NCBI GenBank assembly: GCA_963840855.1
Contig: CAWJBB010000040.1
Span: forward strand, 263,707-327,706
Direction of reading: 5' to 3'
DNA: 64,000 bases
Source of the DNA: an uncultured delta proteobacterium
Lineage (GTDB): Bacteria; Desulfobacterota; Binatia; UBA9968
In this document: piece after piece, positions 9,576 to 17,911 of the stretch
How positions within the stretch are numbered: the first letter of the stretch is position 1
Layout of the letters: every line of letters begins with the position of its first letter
Program-made: the position numbers and the translations under genes
Notes under the pieces: generated by a model
The model's database searches: none
Told to the model about the DNA's origin: nothing
The model's input: the letters and a program-made list of their open reading frames with translations, nothing else

Positions 9576-11375
9576 ATGCATGGGTTTTACGGCCGCTTGC
9601 TGCACATCGACTTGAGCACCGGGCGGATCTCCTGGCATGATCTTGCGCCGTCGCGCCTTCGGGAAGTCCTCGGCGGCATTGGCCTTGGCACAAGCCTCCT
9701 CTACGATTATGCCACGCCAGGAGTCGATCCTTTTTCTCCCGCCAACCCGCTAATCTTTACCAGCGCCCCGTTAGTCGGCACTGGTCTCACCACCACCGCC
9801 AAGTTTGCCGTCGTCACCAAATCCCCGCTTACCGGTTTCATCGCCGACTCGCTCTCCTCCAGCTACTTCGCCCTCGAACTCAAGCGCACAGGTCTGGACG
9901 GCCTAATGATTACTGGCCAGGCGGCTTCTTTGGCGTACATCCACATCCATAATGAGAACGTCGAGATCAGGGACGCCGGTTACTTGATGGGAAAAAATGC
10001 AAGCGAGACCGAATCCCTGATCCGCACCGAGTTGAGCTCTCCGGCAACGCGGGTGGCTGCCATCGGCAAAGCGGGAGAGAACCGAGTGCGCTTTGCCACC
10101 ATCAGCAACGAAGGGCGTCACGCCGGCCGGGGTGGGGTCGGCGCGGTCATGGGATCGAAGAATTTGAAGGCAATTGCCCTATGCGGAGATCGAGAGACCG
10201 AGGTAGCCGATCGAAAAGGCGTCGAAGCGATCGCAAAATCTCTCAGCTCGCGCAGTCTTGGTTCACTCACCGACAAGTATCGAAATATCGGCACTGTCGC
10301 CAACCTAGCGGTTTTCAATCGCCTCGGCACTTTGCCCACGCGCAATTTCCAGCAATCGACCTTTGATCACGCCGAAGCCTTGAGCGGAGAAACTCTGACG
10401 GAAAACAACTTCAGCCGGAGACATGGCTGCGCCTGCTGCACGATCCGCTGCGAGCGCCTGTTCAAGTCCCTCGCCGGCGAGGAGCAGCGCCTGGAGTACG
10501 AAACCCTTTTCGCCCTGGGTCCGCTTTGCGGAATTCAAGATCCGGACGTGGTGCTCCAGGCCGCGCGCCTGTGTGATCTCTATGGAGTGGACACCATCAG
10601 CACCGGTGGCACCTTGGCCTGGGCAATGGAGTGCAGCGAACACGGACTCTTGCCCGAAGCTCGAGAGCTTGGCTTGCGCTTTGGCCAAGCGGATGCTCTT
10701 CTCGCTGCGATTCCGGCCATCGCCGAGCGTAGAGGTGTCGGCGCGCTGCTGGCCGAAGGCTCAAAGCGCGCCGCCTGCGAGATTGGCGGAGAGAGTTTGT
10801 ATTGGGCGATGCACGTAAAGGGACTCGAGCTTCCAGGATATGAGCCGCGCAGCTTGAAGACGATGGCTCTCGGCTTGGCCGTGAGCCCGCGCGGCGCCTG
10901 CCATAACCGCTCCGGGGCGTACGAGGCTGACTTCTCGGGCGAAGTCGACAGGCTGCGCGCTGACTCAGGGAGAGGGGCTCTGGTTGCAGCCTCGGAAGAT
11001 TTCGCCGCGGTGCTCGATTCACTGATAGTCTGTAAATTCCTGCGCAAGTGTTTCACGGACTTTTACGGTGAGGCCGCCGAACTGCTCAATCGGGTCACCG
11101 GATGGAACTGCTCGGGCGCCGAATTGCGGCGCGCCGGCGAGCGAATCCATTCGCTCAAGAAACTTTTTAACATGCGTGAAGGTTGGCGGCCTGAAGACGA
11201 CTGGCTGCCGCAACGCTTGTTGAGCGAAACTCTCCCGACTGGCGTGGCCCAGGGTGTCGGCTTAACCGCCAAAGAACTTCGGGAGATGATCCTGGGATAT
11301 TATCGGGCAAGGGGATGGGACGAAAACGGATCTATTCCCGAGAGCAAGTTGGGGGAGCTAGGGATTCAAACATGA
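9576..11375 (+). CDS. aor: aldehyde:ferredoxin oxidoreductase family tungstoenzyme
   Basis: 599 aa. YGRLLHIDLS N-terminus, C-x2-C-x3-C cluster motif (GCACCTIRC), and AOR domains 2 and 3 throughout. Confidence 0.9.
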   Translation: MHGFYGRLLHIDLSTGRISWHDLAPSRLREVLGGIGLGTSLLYDYATPGVDPFSPANPLIFTSAPLVGTGLTTTAKFAVVTKSPLTGFIADSLSSSYFALELKRTGLDGLMITGQAASLAYIHIHNENVEIRDAGYLMGKNASETESLIRTELSSPATRVAAIGKAGENRVRFATISNEGRHAGRGGVGAVMGSKNLKAIALCGDRETEVADRKGVEAIAKSLSSRSLGSLTDKYRNIGTVANLAVFNRLGTLPTRNFQQSTFDHAEALSGETLTENNFSRRHGCACCTIRCERLFKSLAGEEQRLEYETLFALGPLCGIQDPDVVLQAARLCDLYGVDTISTGGTLAWAMECSEHGLLPEARELGLRFGQADALLAAIPAIAERRGVGALLAEGSKRAACEIGGESLYWAMHVKGLELPGYEPRSLKTMALGLAVSPRGACHNRSGAYEADFSGEVDRLRADSGRGALVAASEDFAAVLDSLIVCKFLRKCFTDFYGEAAELLNRVTGWNCSGAELRRAGERIHSLKKLFNMREGWRPEDDWLPQRLLSETLPTGVAQGVGLTAKELREMILGYYRARGWDENGSIPESKLGELGIQT

Positions 11376-11640
11376 AGAGTTCCGAGTTTCTGGTTCCGGT
11401 CGACTCGAAACTCAGGAACTCGGAAACTGGGAACTGCGAAATGACAGGAGGAATGAGCTATGCCAACCGATGAGACGCGTCGCGTGTTGAAAGTGTTCGG
11501 CGTTGCGGTGACCGCTTATGAAGACGCGGTGGACAAAGGGGCGCCACCCGAGGAAGCGCGAAAAGCCGAGGCGGAAGTCCGCGCCCGCCTCGAAGAGGTG
11601 ACCGGCCTGATCGAGCGGCTGCGCGCGAAGAAGACGTCAT
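10560..11640 (+). repeat. direct repeat copy A (aor 3' 815 nt, structured spacer, small ORF)
   Basis: Hand alignment to 35380-36446 gives about 16 substitutions in the 815-nt coding part. The spacer has indels and the small ORF is nearly identical. Confidence 0.85.
11376..11442. repeat. GAAC-periodic inverted/tandem repeat between aor and the small ORF
   Basis: gagttccgagtttctggttcc ... ggaactcggaaactgggaactgcgaaat. The arms are reverse complements with heptamer periodicity. Confidence 0.5.
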
Positions 11641-11642
11641 GA
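11460..11642 (+). CDS. small helical protein of unknown function, linked to aor
   Basis: 60 aa with a GGAGGA RBS. Charged helical sequence (EEARKAEAEVRARLEEVTGLIERLRAKK). Retained in the second repeat copy. Confidence 0.5.
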   Translation: MPTDETRRVLKVFGVAVTAYEDAVDKGAPPEEARKAEAEVRARLEEVTGLIERLRAKKTS

Positions 11643-11792
11643 TTCTGAGCGATCTTCTTTCTTGGCCTGCTCTCACCTGCTCGTTCAATTCCCCCAGTTC
11701 TATAGTCTCTTCCTTGAGGCGGCGTATAGAGATCAGAAGCCGAAGGCACGCTACGGAGCGCTAGAACTCGATCCGCCTGAGATTTCCTTGCC

Positions 11793-12401
11793 TCAACGCG
11801 GATGAGTCTTGTCGGCCGGCATTTGATCGGTTTCCGTCTCGTCCCATGCGGTCGAGCCATCCAGGCTTTCCACATTGAACTGGTAGTCGTAAACCAGAGA
11901 GCCCCCAAATGTCGCGCCGTAGGAAACCAGCGCTCCTGCAAGGATCGATAGGATCATCGTGGAGAATCTGGTGTTCGCCTCTTCGAACTGCAAAAGACGG
12001 ACGATAATGTCCACAATCACGATGCCAGTGACAGTGAGCATCACGGCCATGTGCCAGTTGGCGGTGCGCCAAACCTGCGTGTGTTTGGCTTTGCCCGGAA
12101 ACCCGGTTGATGGTTGTCGGTCCATGCCCTTCCACCAATCCCAAAAGCCCGTAAGGGCGGTCCCCAGAGAGACGATGGCGCCGGCGATGATCACATAGGT
12201 ACCAGAGACAAAGAAATCTCGGGCTACACCACTATGGGCGCCAAAATAAGAGATGACATCGAATACCGCCACCAGCACATAACAGACGATCGGGAAATCG
12301 GTAAGCGGCGGATGAAGTGGCTTGCCTGCCCAACCGCGCAGTCCTCTGAACTCGCGGCCCTTTAACGTCATCGATGGTTTGATCGAGAATAGTCTGGTCA
12401 T
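11793..12401 (-). CDS. DUF2231-like membrane protein
   Basis: HPPLTDFPIV motif and 4-5 TM helices. Its start overlaps the upstream peptide stop as ATGA (12398-12401). Confidence 0.7.
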   Translation of the reverse strand: MTRLFSIKPSMTLKGREFRGLRGWAGKPLHPPLTDFPIVCYVLVAVFDVISYFGAHSGVARDFFVSGTYVIIAGAIVSLGTALTGFWDWWKGMDRQPSTGFPGKAKHTQVWRTANWHMAVMLTVTGIVIVDIIVRLLQFEEANTRFSTMILSILAGALVSYGATFGGSLVYDYQFNVESLDGSTAWDETETDQMPADKTHPR

Positions 12402-12604
12402 GTCTCCTCCCTGGCTACACGATAAGTCGCTTCCACGCTAAGGCTCCTGAATTCCGGAGAAAGCTCCTTGCTCATCTTCCACCTTCCGAACCCAGCCACC
12501 AGTCCGGCAACACCAACAAAGAGGATTACCACCATGATAGGGAGAGCAATGACAGAAAAAAGGCCGACAGCTATAAGGCCGAGAATTGAATATAAAATAC
12601 TCAT
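12398..12604 (-). CDS. small hydrophobic membrane peptide (paralog of 22542-22769)
   Basis: MSILYSILGLIAVGLFSVIALPIMVVILFVGVAGLVAGFGRWKM. AAAGGA RBS 6 nt before the ATG at 12604. Confidence 0.55.
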   Translation of the reverse strand: MSILYSILGLIAVGLFSVIALPIMVVILFVGVAGLVAGFGRWKMSKELSPEFRSLSVEATYRVAREET

Positions 12605-12732
12605 GTAGATCCTTTCCAAGCTTCTCTAAAGGTTTGATTACCTATAAGCGTAAGATAAGTGCCATCGACGACAAAGCAGCCTCTCGAAGAGCACGGGATC
12701 ATTGACGGCTCCTCGGCTTAGCTGCCGCGCAA

Positions 12733-13374
12733 TTAACGCGTAGGTTCATGGTTTTGGTTTTTGGTATCGACCTGGAGACGTTCTTCGACTACGCTCCAAT
12801 CAATGTTGGCGAAAAACGCCTCAATATATTTCGGGCGTTCAGCGGGTTTATAGTCGAGCAGGAATGCGTGTTCCCATACGTCCATCACGAGCACTGGATT
12901 AAATCCCGCCACATTGCCGATTTCGTGCAACGTTACCCAGTGATTGGTGAGCCGCCCGCGTTTTGGATCCTGAAAGCAGATCGCCCAGCCCACGCCGCGC
13001 ATTTTGCCGATGCTTACAAAGTCGGCTTTCCAGATGTCGTAGCTAGCGAAGCCTGCCTCGGCGGCTTTATAGAAAGCAGACTGCTTGCCCGGATCACCCG
13101 ACGCTGCTTTAGTCATGTTTCCAAAGTAATATTCATGCAGCACCATCCCGTTGTATTCAAAGCCGAGACGACGGGTCAGTTCTGAGTAGGCTGGCATTTC
13201 CTCCTGATCGACATGCCCATCCTTCAAGAAATCCCAGATTCTTTCTGTTAACCGGTTGGTTTCTTTAACGTAGCCCTCATACAGCTTGAAGTGCATTTCC
13301 AAAGTCCGATCCGAGATGCCATGAAGTCCGCTAAGGTTGAACTGCTTAGCTTGATACGACCCATTTTTAACCAT
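12733..13374 (-). CDS. Fe/Mn-family superoxide dismutase
   Basis: DVWEHAFLLDY metal-ligand motif and EMHFKLYEGYV N-terminal helix motif. Confidence 0.9.
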   Translation of the reverse strand: MVKNGSYQAKQFNLSGLHGISDRTLEMHFKLYEGYVKETNRLTERIWDFLKDGHVDQEEMPAYSELTRRLGFEYNGMVLHEYYFGNMTKAASGDPGKQSAFYKAAEAGFASYDIWKADFVSIGKMRGVGWAICFQDPKRGRLTNHWVTLHEIGNVAGFNPVLVMDVWEHAFLLDYKPAERPKYIEAFFANIDWSVVEERLQVDTKNQNHEPTR

Positions 13375-13488
13375 AGATTATTCCTCCTTCTCTTACTTTG
13401 ATCTCAACAGCCAGCAGCTAAGCGAGAGCCGCATAAGCTCGCCGCCGGACTTGGGGCTAATCTGGTTCTCGTCGCGCTGTTACGAACT

Positions 13489-14013
13489 TTATATTCCTCC
13501 AAATTGATACCCTGCTCTTTCCAGTGCACGCGTGATGGCCTGGAGGATTAACGGGCCATCAGAATGGGGCGCCACGCGAACGTCGGGAGCAGAGCGTAGA
13601 CGATCGAGAAGCGACTCTGCTTCCGAACCGGCCAACGCTTCGGAAGTTTCATAGGGACCCCCAGCTTCTTCCTCAATGGGATTGTGCCGTTCCAGGATCA
13701 TACGAATAGTTGCGATGATCCCGAAAGTCGGTGTGGGCACAAGGAGTGCGGCGAGCGCGCCATGATCAAGACGGAGTTTAGCGGCAATCGGCAGTGGCTC
13801 GCCCCCACGTTTCTTTTGGGCAAACGGAAGCAGGACCTTTTCCTCCATGGCGATGTGCCTGAGCAAGCCTGCACGAAACTCGGCATAGGCAGCAAAATCG
13901 ATCTGTTCCGGACGGCAGGTAGCCCGATCAAGCAATTCGGACAGACGAAGATGATCATCGACAAGGAACCTGTGAATCGGTCTCGCCGTTAAGTGTCCTC
14001 CGCAATTATTCAT
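13489..14013 (-). CDS. hemerythrin HHE cation-binding domain protein
   Basis: Helical protein with H/E ligand spacing (DDHLRL, RHIAMEEKVL, LDHGAL, ERHNPIEEE). The internal ATG at 14013 is preferred. Confidence 0.65.
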   Translation of the reverse strand: MNNCGGHLTARPIHRFLVDDHLRLSELLDRATCRPEQIDFAAYAEFRAGLLRHIAMEEKVLLPFAQKKRGGEPLPIAAKLRLDHGALAALLVPTPTFGIIATIRMILERHNPIEEEAGGPYETSEALAGSEAESLLDRLRSAPDVRVAPHSDGPLILQAITRALERAGYQFGGI

Positions 14014-14072
14014 TAGTAACGCCCACGATCCTTGCACCCGGGGCACTCAAACCCATTTGTTCGTTGCTTAGC

Positions 14073-15197
14073 TTACGTTGAAGCCAGGGACTCTGCGCCT
14101 GCGACAATTCTCTTGCGTTTTTCCTCGACCGCAGCCAGTAGCTGATCAAAAGACGCAGCAAAGGCGGAAACACCATCCGCTTGCAGCTTCTCAGTGATTG
14201 CGTCCAGATCAATGCCAAGATTCTTCAGGCGGCGTAAATCCAACTCTGCCTCCTTCAATCCTTCTTCCAAGGTAGAACCCTTCACCCGACCATGATCTCT
14301 GAAGGCGTTCAGTGTGGCCGGAGGTAACGTATTGACCGTATCAGGTCCGATGAGATTTTCCACGTAGAGGACATCGGAGTAGTTGGGGTTTTTCGTTCCC
14401 GTACTAGCCCAGAGCGGGCGCTGGACCCTCGCCCCTCGACTGCGCACGATCGCGAAACCTTCCCCATGAAAGACCTCGCGAAAGCGCTGGTACACGACCT
14501 TGCAGTTAGCGATGCCGATTTTACCCAAAAGCGCTCTCGCCTCCTCTATGCGTAATTTTTCCAGCGCGCCGTCAACCACGATGTCAACGCGACTGACAAA
14601 AAATGATGCAACCGAGGAGAGCTGTCCGGGATTCGAGCAGCGCTGCAATCCCCGGATATAGGCCCGTGCCACCGCCTCGTAGTGCTTCATCGAGAACATG
14701 AGAGTGATGTTGACATTCACTCCGTCGGCAATGAGGGCTTCGATAGCCGGAATTCCTTGCGGTGTTGCCGGAACTTTGATCATGACGTTCGGCCGGTCAA
14801 CTTCCGCCCGCAATCGCTTAGCTTCATCAATCGTCCCTGCGGTATCATGAGCGAGATGCGGCGCCACCTCGATGCTGACAAAACCGTCGCCGCCTCCCGT
14901 CTCATGGTAGATGGGGCGCAGGATATCCGCCGCTTCGCGGATATCCTCGATGGCCAGTCTCTCGAACAGTTTGCCTGCCTCGATTTGCGAATCCTTCGCA
15001 AGCAGGGTACGCAGGGCATCGTCATAATCGGTGCTGCCGGCAATCGCTTTTTCGAAAATCGTGGGATTGCTGGTTACGCCCCGTACCCCATCTTCTTCCA
15101 CGAGCCGTTTGAGCTCGCCGCTTTGAATAAGTCGTCTCTGGATGTAATCCAACCAGATGGACTGTCTTTGCTTCAGCAATTCTTTCAACGGGTTCAT
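14073..15197 (-). CDS. tal: transaldolase
   Basis: VTSNPTIFEKA and the Schiff-base lysine context MIKVPAT, 374 aa. Confidence 0.9.
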   Translation of the reverse strand: MNPLKELLKQRQSIWLDYIQRRLIQSGELKRLVEEDGVRGVTSNPTIFEKAIAGSTDYDDALRTLLAKDSQIEAGKLFERLAIEDIREAADILRPIYHETGGGDGFVSIEVAPHLAHDTAGTIDEAKRLRAEVDRPNVMIKVPATPQGIPAIEALIADGVNVNITLMFSMKHYEAVARAYIRGLQRCSNPGQLSSVASFFVSRVDIVVDGALEKLRIEEARALLGKIGIANCKVVYQRFREVFHGEGFAIVRSRGARVQRPLWASTGTKNPNYSDVLYVENLIGPDTVNTLPPATLNAFRDHGRVKGSTLEEGLKEAELDLRRLKNLGIDLDAITEKLQADGVSAFAASFDQLLAAVEEKRKRIVAGAESLAST

Positions 15198-15904
15198 GAT
15201 GCCGCCTTTGTGCTTTATTTCTTGTTTGATTTGCGAATCTGTCTACCAGACCTCTCGTTTACGACCGAACAAGAATCTTGTCATGCAATTTTTAAAAAAC
15301 TTAGATCGCAACTGTTGTGCCAAATCCTGGATGTAACGACCGTCACGAGACAGATCACTTTCGATGGTTTGCAAAAACATCAAGGATAGCTGGACGTTCA
15401 CACGGGCCAGTTTCCTGGCACTACTCTTGAGTAGAGTAATCAAACGCCGACGGACAGGACGCCCTATTCTTGAAAGCGGTTAGAGTGAGTTTGGGACAAG
15501 CGCAAAGTTCAAGACAATGATCGCATCCTTGGAGCACTAAAAACAGTTGTTGAAACCGGCGTCCAGGGAAACTCGCACAACCGAAACGAGAAAAAGAATA
15601 TCCGTCTACAGGAGGACGACGAAGAGCGCAAGAATGCCACACTACCCACACAATTTTGCCGCATTCGATCTTCTACCGTGATCCAATTTCCAGTATTTGA
15701 GCATAAGACACTTGCGCCGGCGCGTTCAGCTTTGGCATAAACCTTGCGCTTGTAAGTTTATAGAACTGTAAAGCCACTCGACGGGTTTTTGCCAAGGCCG
15801 CGGGGGATTTCGGACCGGATGAAACAGCGGTGACGAGTTTACCGAGAGTGACGATCCTAATTCATTAAAGGAATCCGCGGCGAAAAATATCATCAGGAGG
15901 CATA

Positions 15905-17101
15905 ATGTCACACTATACATACTTGATCGTTGGTGGAGGGATGACCGCTGATGCTGCGGTTAGAGGTATTCGGGAAGTAGATGCATTTCGCTCCATTGGC
16001 GTGTTCAGCATGGAGTCTGACCCGCCTTATAACCGACCACCTCTTTCAAAGGATCTTTGGAAGGGAGCGCCTATGACAAGTATCTGGCGGAAAACCGAGG
16101 ATCAAGGTGCGGAGCTTCACCTCGGCTGCAAGGTCGAGAGCATCGATCCGCAACAAAAGCGCATTATCGATAATAAGGGAACGTCCCATTCTTTTGACAA
16201 ACTGCTCCTGGCCACAGGCGGATCTCCTCGGCAACTCCCATTTGGAGCAGGCCAGATCATTTACTTCAGGACAATAACGGATTATCGGCGGTTGCAGGCG
16301 CTTGCTGAAAAAGGGCAGCGCTTTGCGGTTATCGGCGGTGGCTTTATCGGTTCGGAAATTGCCGCAGGCTTGGCGTCAAACGGAAAACAAGTGACGATGA
16401 TCACACCTGAGCAGACCATCGGGAGCCGCGTGTTTCCTCACGATTTGGGGCTTTACTTAAATGCGTACTACGAAGACAAGGGAGTTAAGCTCCTTACCGA
16501 AGAAGCAGTCGTGGACGTGGAAGCGCGCGGGGATTTCGTTGCCGTCAAGAGCCGCGCTTTGAAAACCGCACAGGATCGAGAGGTCGTCGTGGATGGCGTC
16601 GTGGCCGGCATCGGCATCAAGACAAATGTCGAACTGGCGCTGGGAGCGGGACTCCAGGTTGACAACGGGATAGTGGTGGACGAGTTCCTCCGCACAAACC
16701 ACCCAGACATCCATGCGGCCGGAGACGTAGCCGCTTTTTATAATCCTTTGCTCAGCAAGCGCATTCGTGTGGAACATGAAGACAATGCCAACACAATGGG
16801 CCGGCTGGCGGGCCGTAACATGGCTGGCGAACGAGAGCCTTATGACCACCTTCCTTCCTTCTATTCGGATCTTTTCGAATTGAGCTACGAGGCTGTGGGA
16901 GAATTAGACCCTAGGCTTGAGATCGTAACAGGCTGGACAGAGAAGAACGGCTCGGGCGCGATATATTACCTCCGCGAGAGTCGCGTTCGCGGGGTGCTTT
17001 TGTGGAACATCTGGGGAGCGGTAAATGCGGCCCGGGAGCTGATTGCCCAACTAGGCCCGTTTAACCTCGAGGATCTTAAGAAACGGCTCCCTTTAGGTTA
17101 A
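15905..17101 (+). CDS. FAD/NAD(P)-dependent pyridine nucleotide-disulfide oxidoreductase (ferredoxin reductase / AIF-like)
   Basis: IVGGGMTADAA and VIGGGFIGSEIA dinucleotide folds, AAGDVA motif. Confidence 0.8.
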   Translation: MSHYTYLIVGGGMTADAAVRGIREVDAFRSIGVFSMESDPPYNRPPLSKDLWKGAPMTSIWRKTEDQGAELHLGCKVESIDPQQKRIIDNKGTSHSFDKLLLATGGSPRQLPFGAGQIIYFRTITDYRRLQALAEKGQRFAVIGGGFIGSEIAAGLASNGKQVTMITPEQTIGSRVFPHDLGLYLNAYYEDKGVKLLTEEAVVDVEARGDFVAVKSRALKTAQDREVVVDGVVAGIGIKTNVELALGAGLQVDNGIVVDEFLRTNHPDIHAAGDVAAFYNPLLSKRIRVEHEDNANTMGRLAGRNMAGEREPYDHLPSFYSDLFELSYEAVGELDPRLEIVTGWTEKNGSGAIYYLRESRVRGVLLWNIWGAVNAARELIAQLGPFNLEDLKKRLPLG

Positions 17102-17457
17102 TGAGGTTACGAAAGCGCATCTTGAAATTGGCATTCAGGCCACGTTTTTCACGAAACTTTCAGGGCAAGGATGGGGCAAGAATGTGTGGCGATTGGGGCA
17201 TTTTTGCGCCTTACGTAGCTCTTGGAAGCGTAGTTGTTTAATACACCTTTAGTGAACGCTAACACTTGGATTGCGATCGCCGCTCTGGTTCGACCAGCTC
17301 ACCATGAATGGAATTCTTCTCGCTGTTCCGTTCGTACTGAGGCTCGGCTGATAAAAGCATTGTGGCGTTGGTACATTCGGAAAAATACGATCTGATCATC
17401 ATGTCCACAATCGGCAGCGCCAGTTTAACCCGCTCGTCAGAACTTCCCCGCGTCAGC

Positions 17458-17911
17458 TTAGGAAAAAGTATAGAAGGTACCTAAGATAACGCCAAAGATG
17501 ATGTGTGCAATGACCACTGACATCGGAGTCTGAAATCCATAGTTTAGCGCGAGAAAACCGGGAGGCTCTAGCTGGCGCATCAGAGTAGGTCCCTGTTGTT
17601 CACTGGCCATTCGCGGGTGGAGAACGGGCATGAGCCGCATACCAGCGGTAAGAACGAAGCTCGCGTGCACAAGTCCCGTTAGCGCCCCAGAGGTGGAACG
17701 CAGCCACATATATGAGCGAAAACAACCACCCGTTAATCAAATGGAGAAAAAAACCGATAAGCTTTGCACGGTCTCGGCTGGGCGTGAACATGCTGCCGAG
17801 CATGTAAGGAAGATTCATCCGCGTAAAACCAAGCCCTTGGCTCCCGGCCATCAGAGTCGTTAGAACGATTGTAGCCACAAATCCCCAGAGAGCCCAGCTG
17901 CCCCAGTTCAT
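17458..17911 (-). pseudogene. multi-pass membrane protein, frame-broken at about 17685
   Basis: Two overlapping ORFs (17600-17911 and 17458-17709) join as ...YVAAFHLWGA/LTGLVHASF... across a CCCC run at 17685-17688. The start overlaps the GH15 stop by 4 nt. Confidence 0.5.

Noticed and set aside
15416-15431. Sigma-54-like motif TGGCACTACTCTTGAG on the plus strand in the tal/oxidoreductase spacer.
   Set aside because: The -12 element reads TTGA rather than the conserved TTGC, and the next plus-strand start is 485 nt away. A similar near-match at 5264-5280 (TGGCATTGCGCTTGAC) has no downstream gene.
15198-15904. 700-nt AT-richer spacer with two small minus-strand ORFs (15243-15443 and 15421-15651).
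   Set aside because: No RBS, motif or recognisable RNA structure that I could support. Left unannotated.
17380-17457. Short plus-strand translation EKYDLIIMSTIGSASLTRS...LGKSIEGT resembling the end of a universal stress protein.
   Set aside because: Only about 35 codons with degenerate motifs, and it overlaps the 3' end of the minus-strand membrane gene. Too weak to call even as a remnant.
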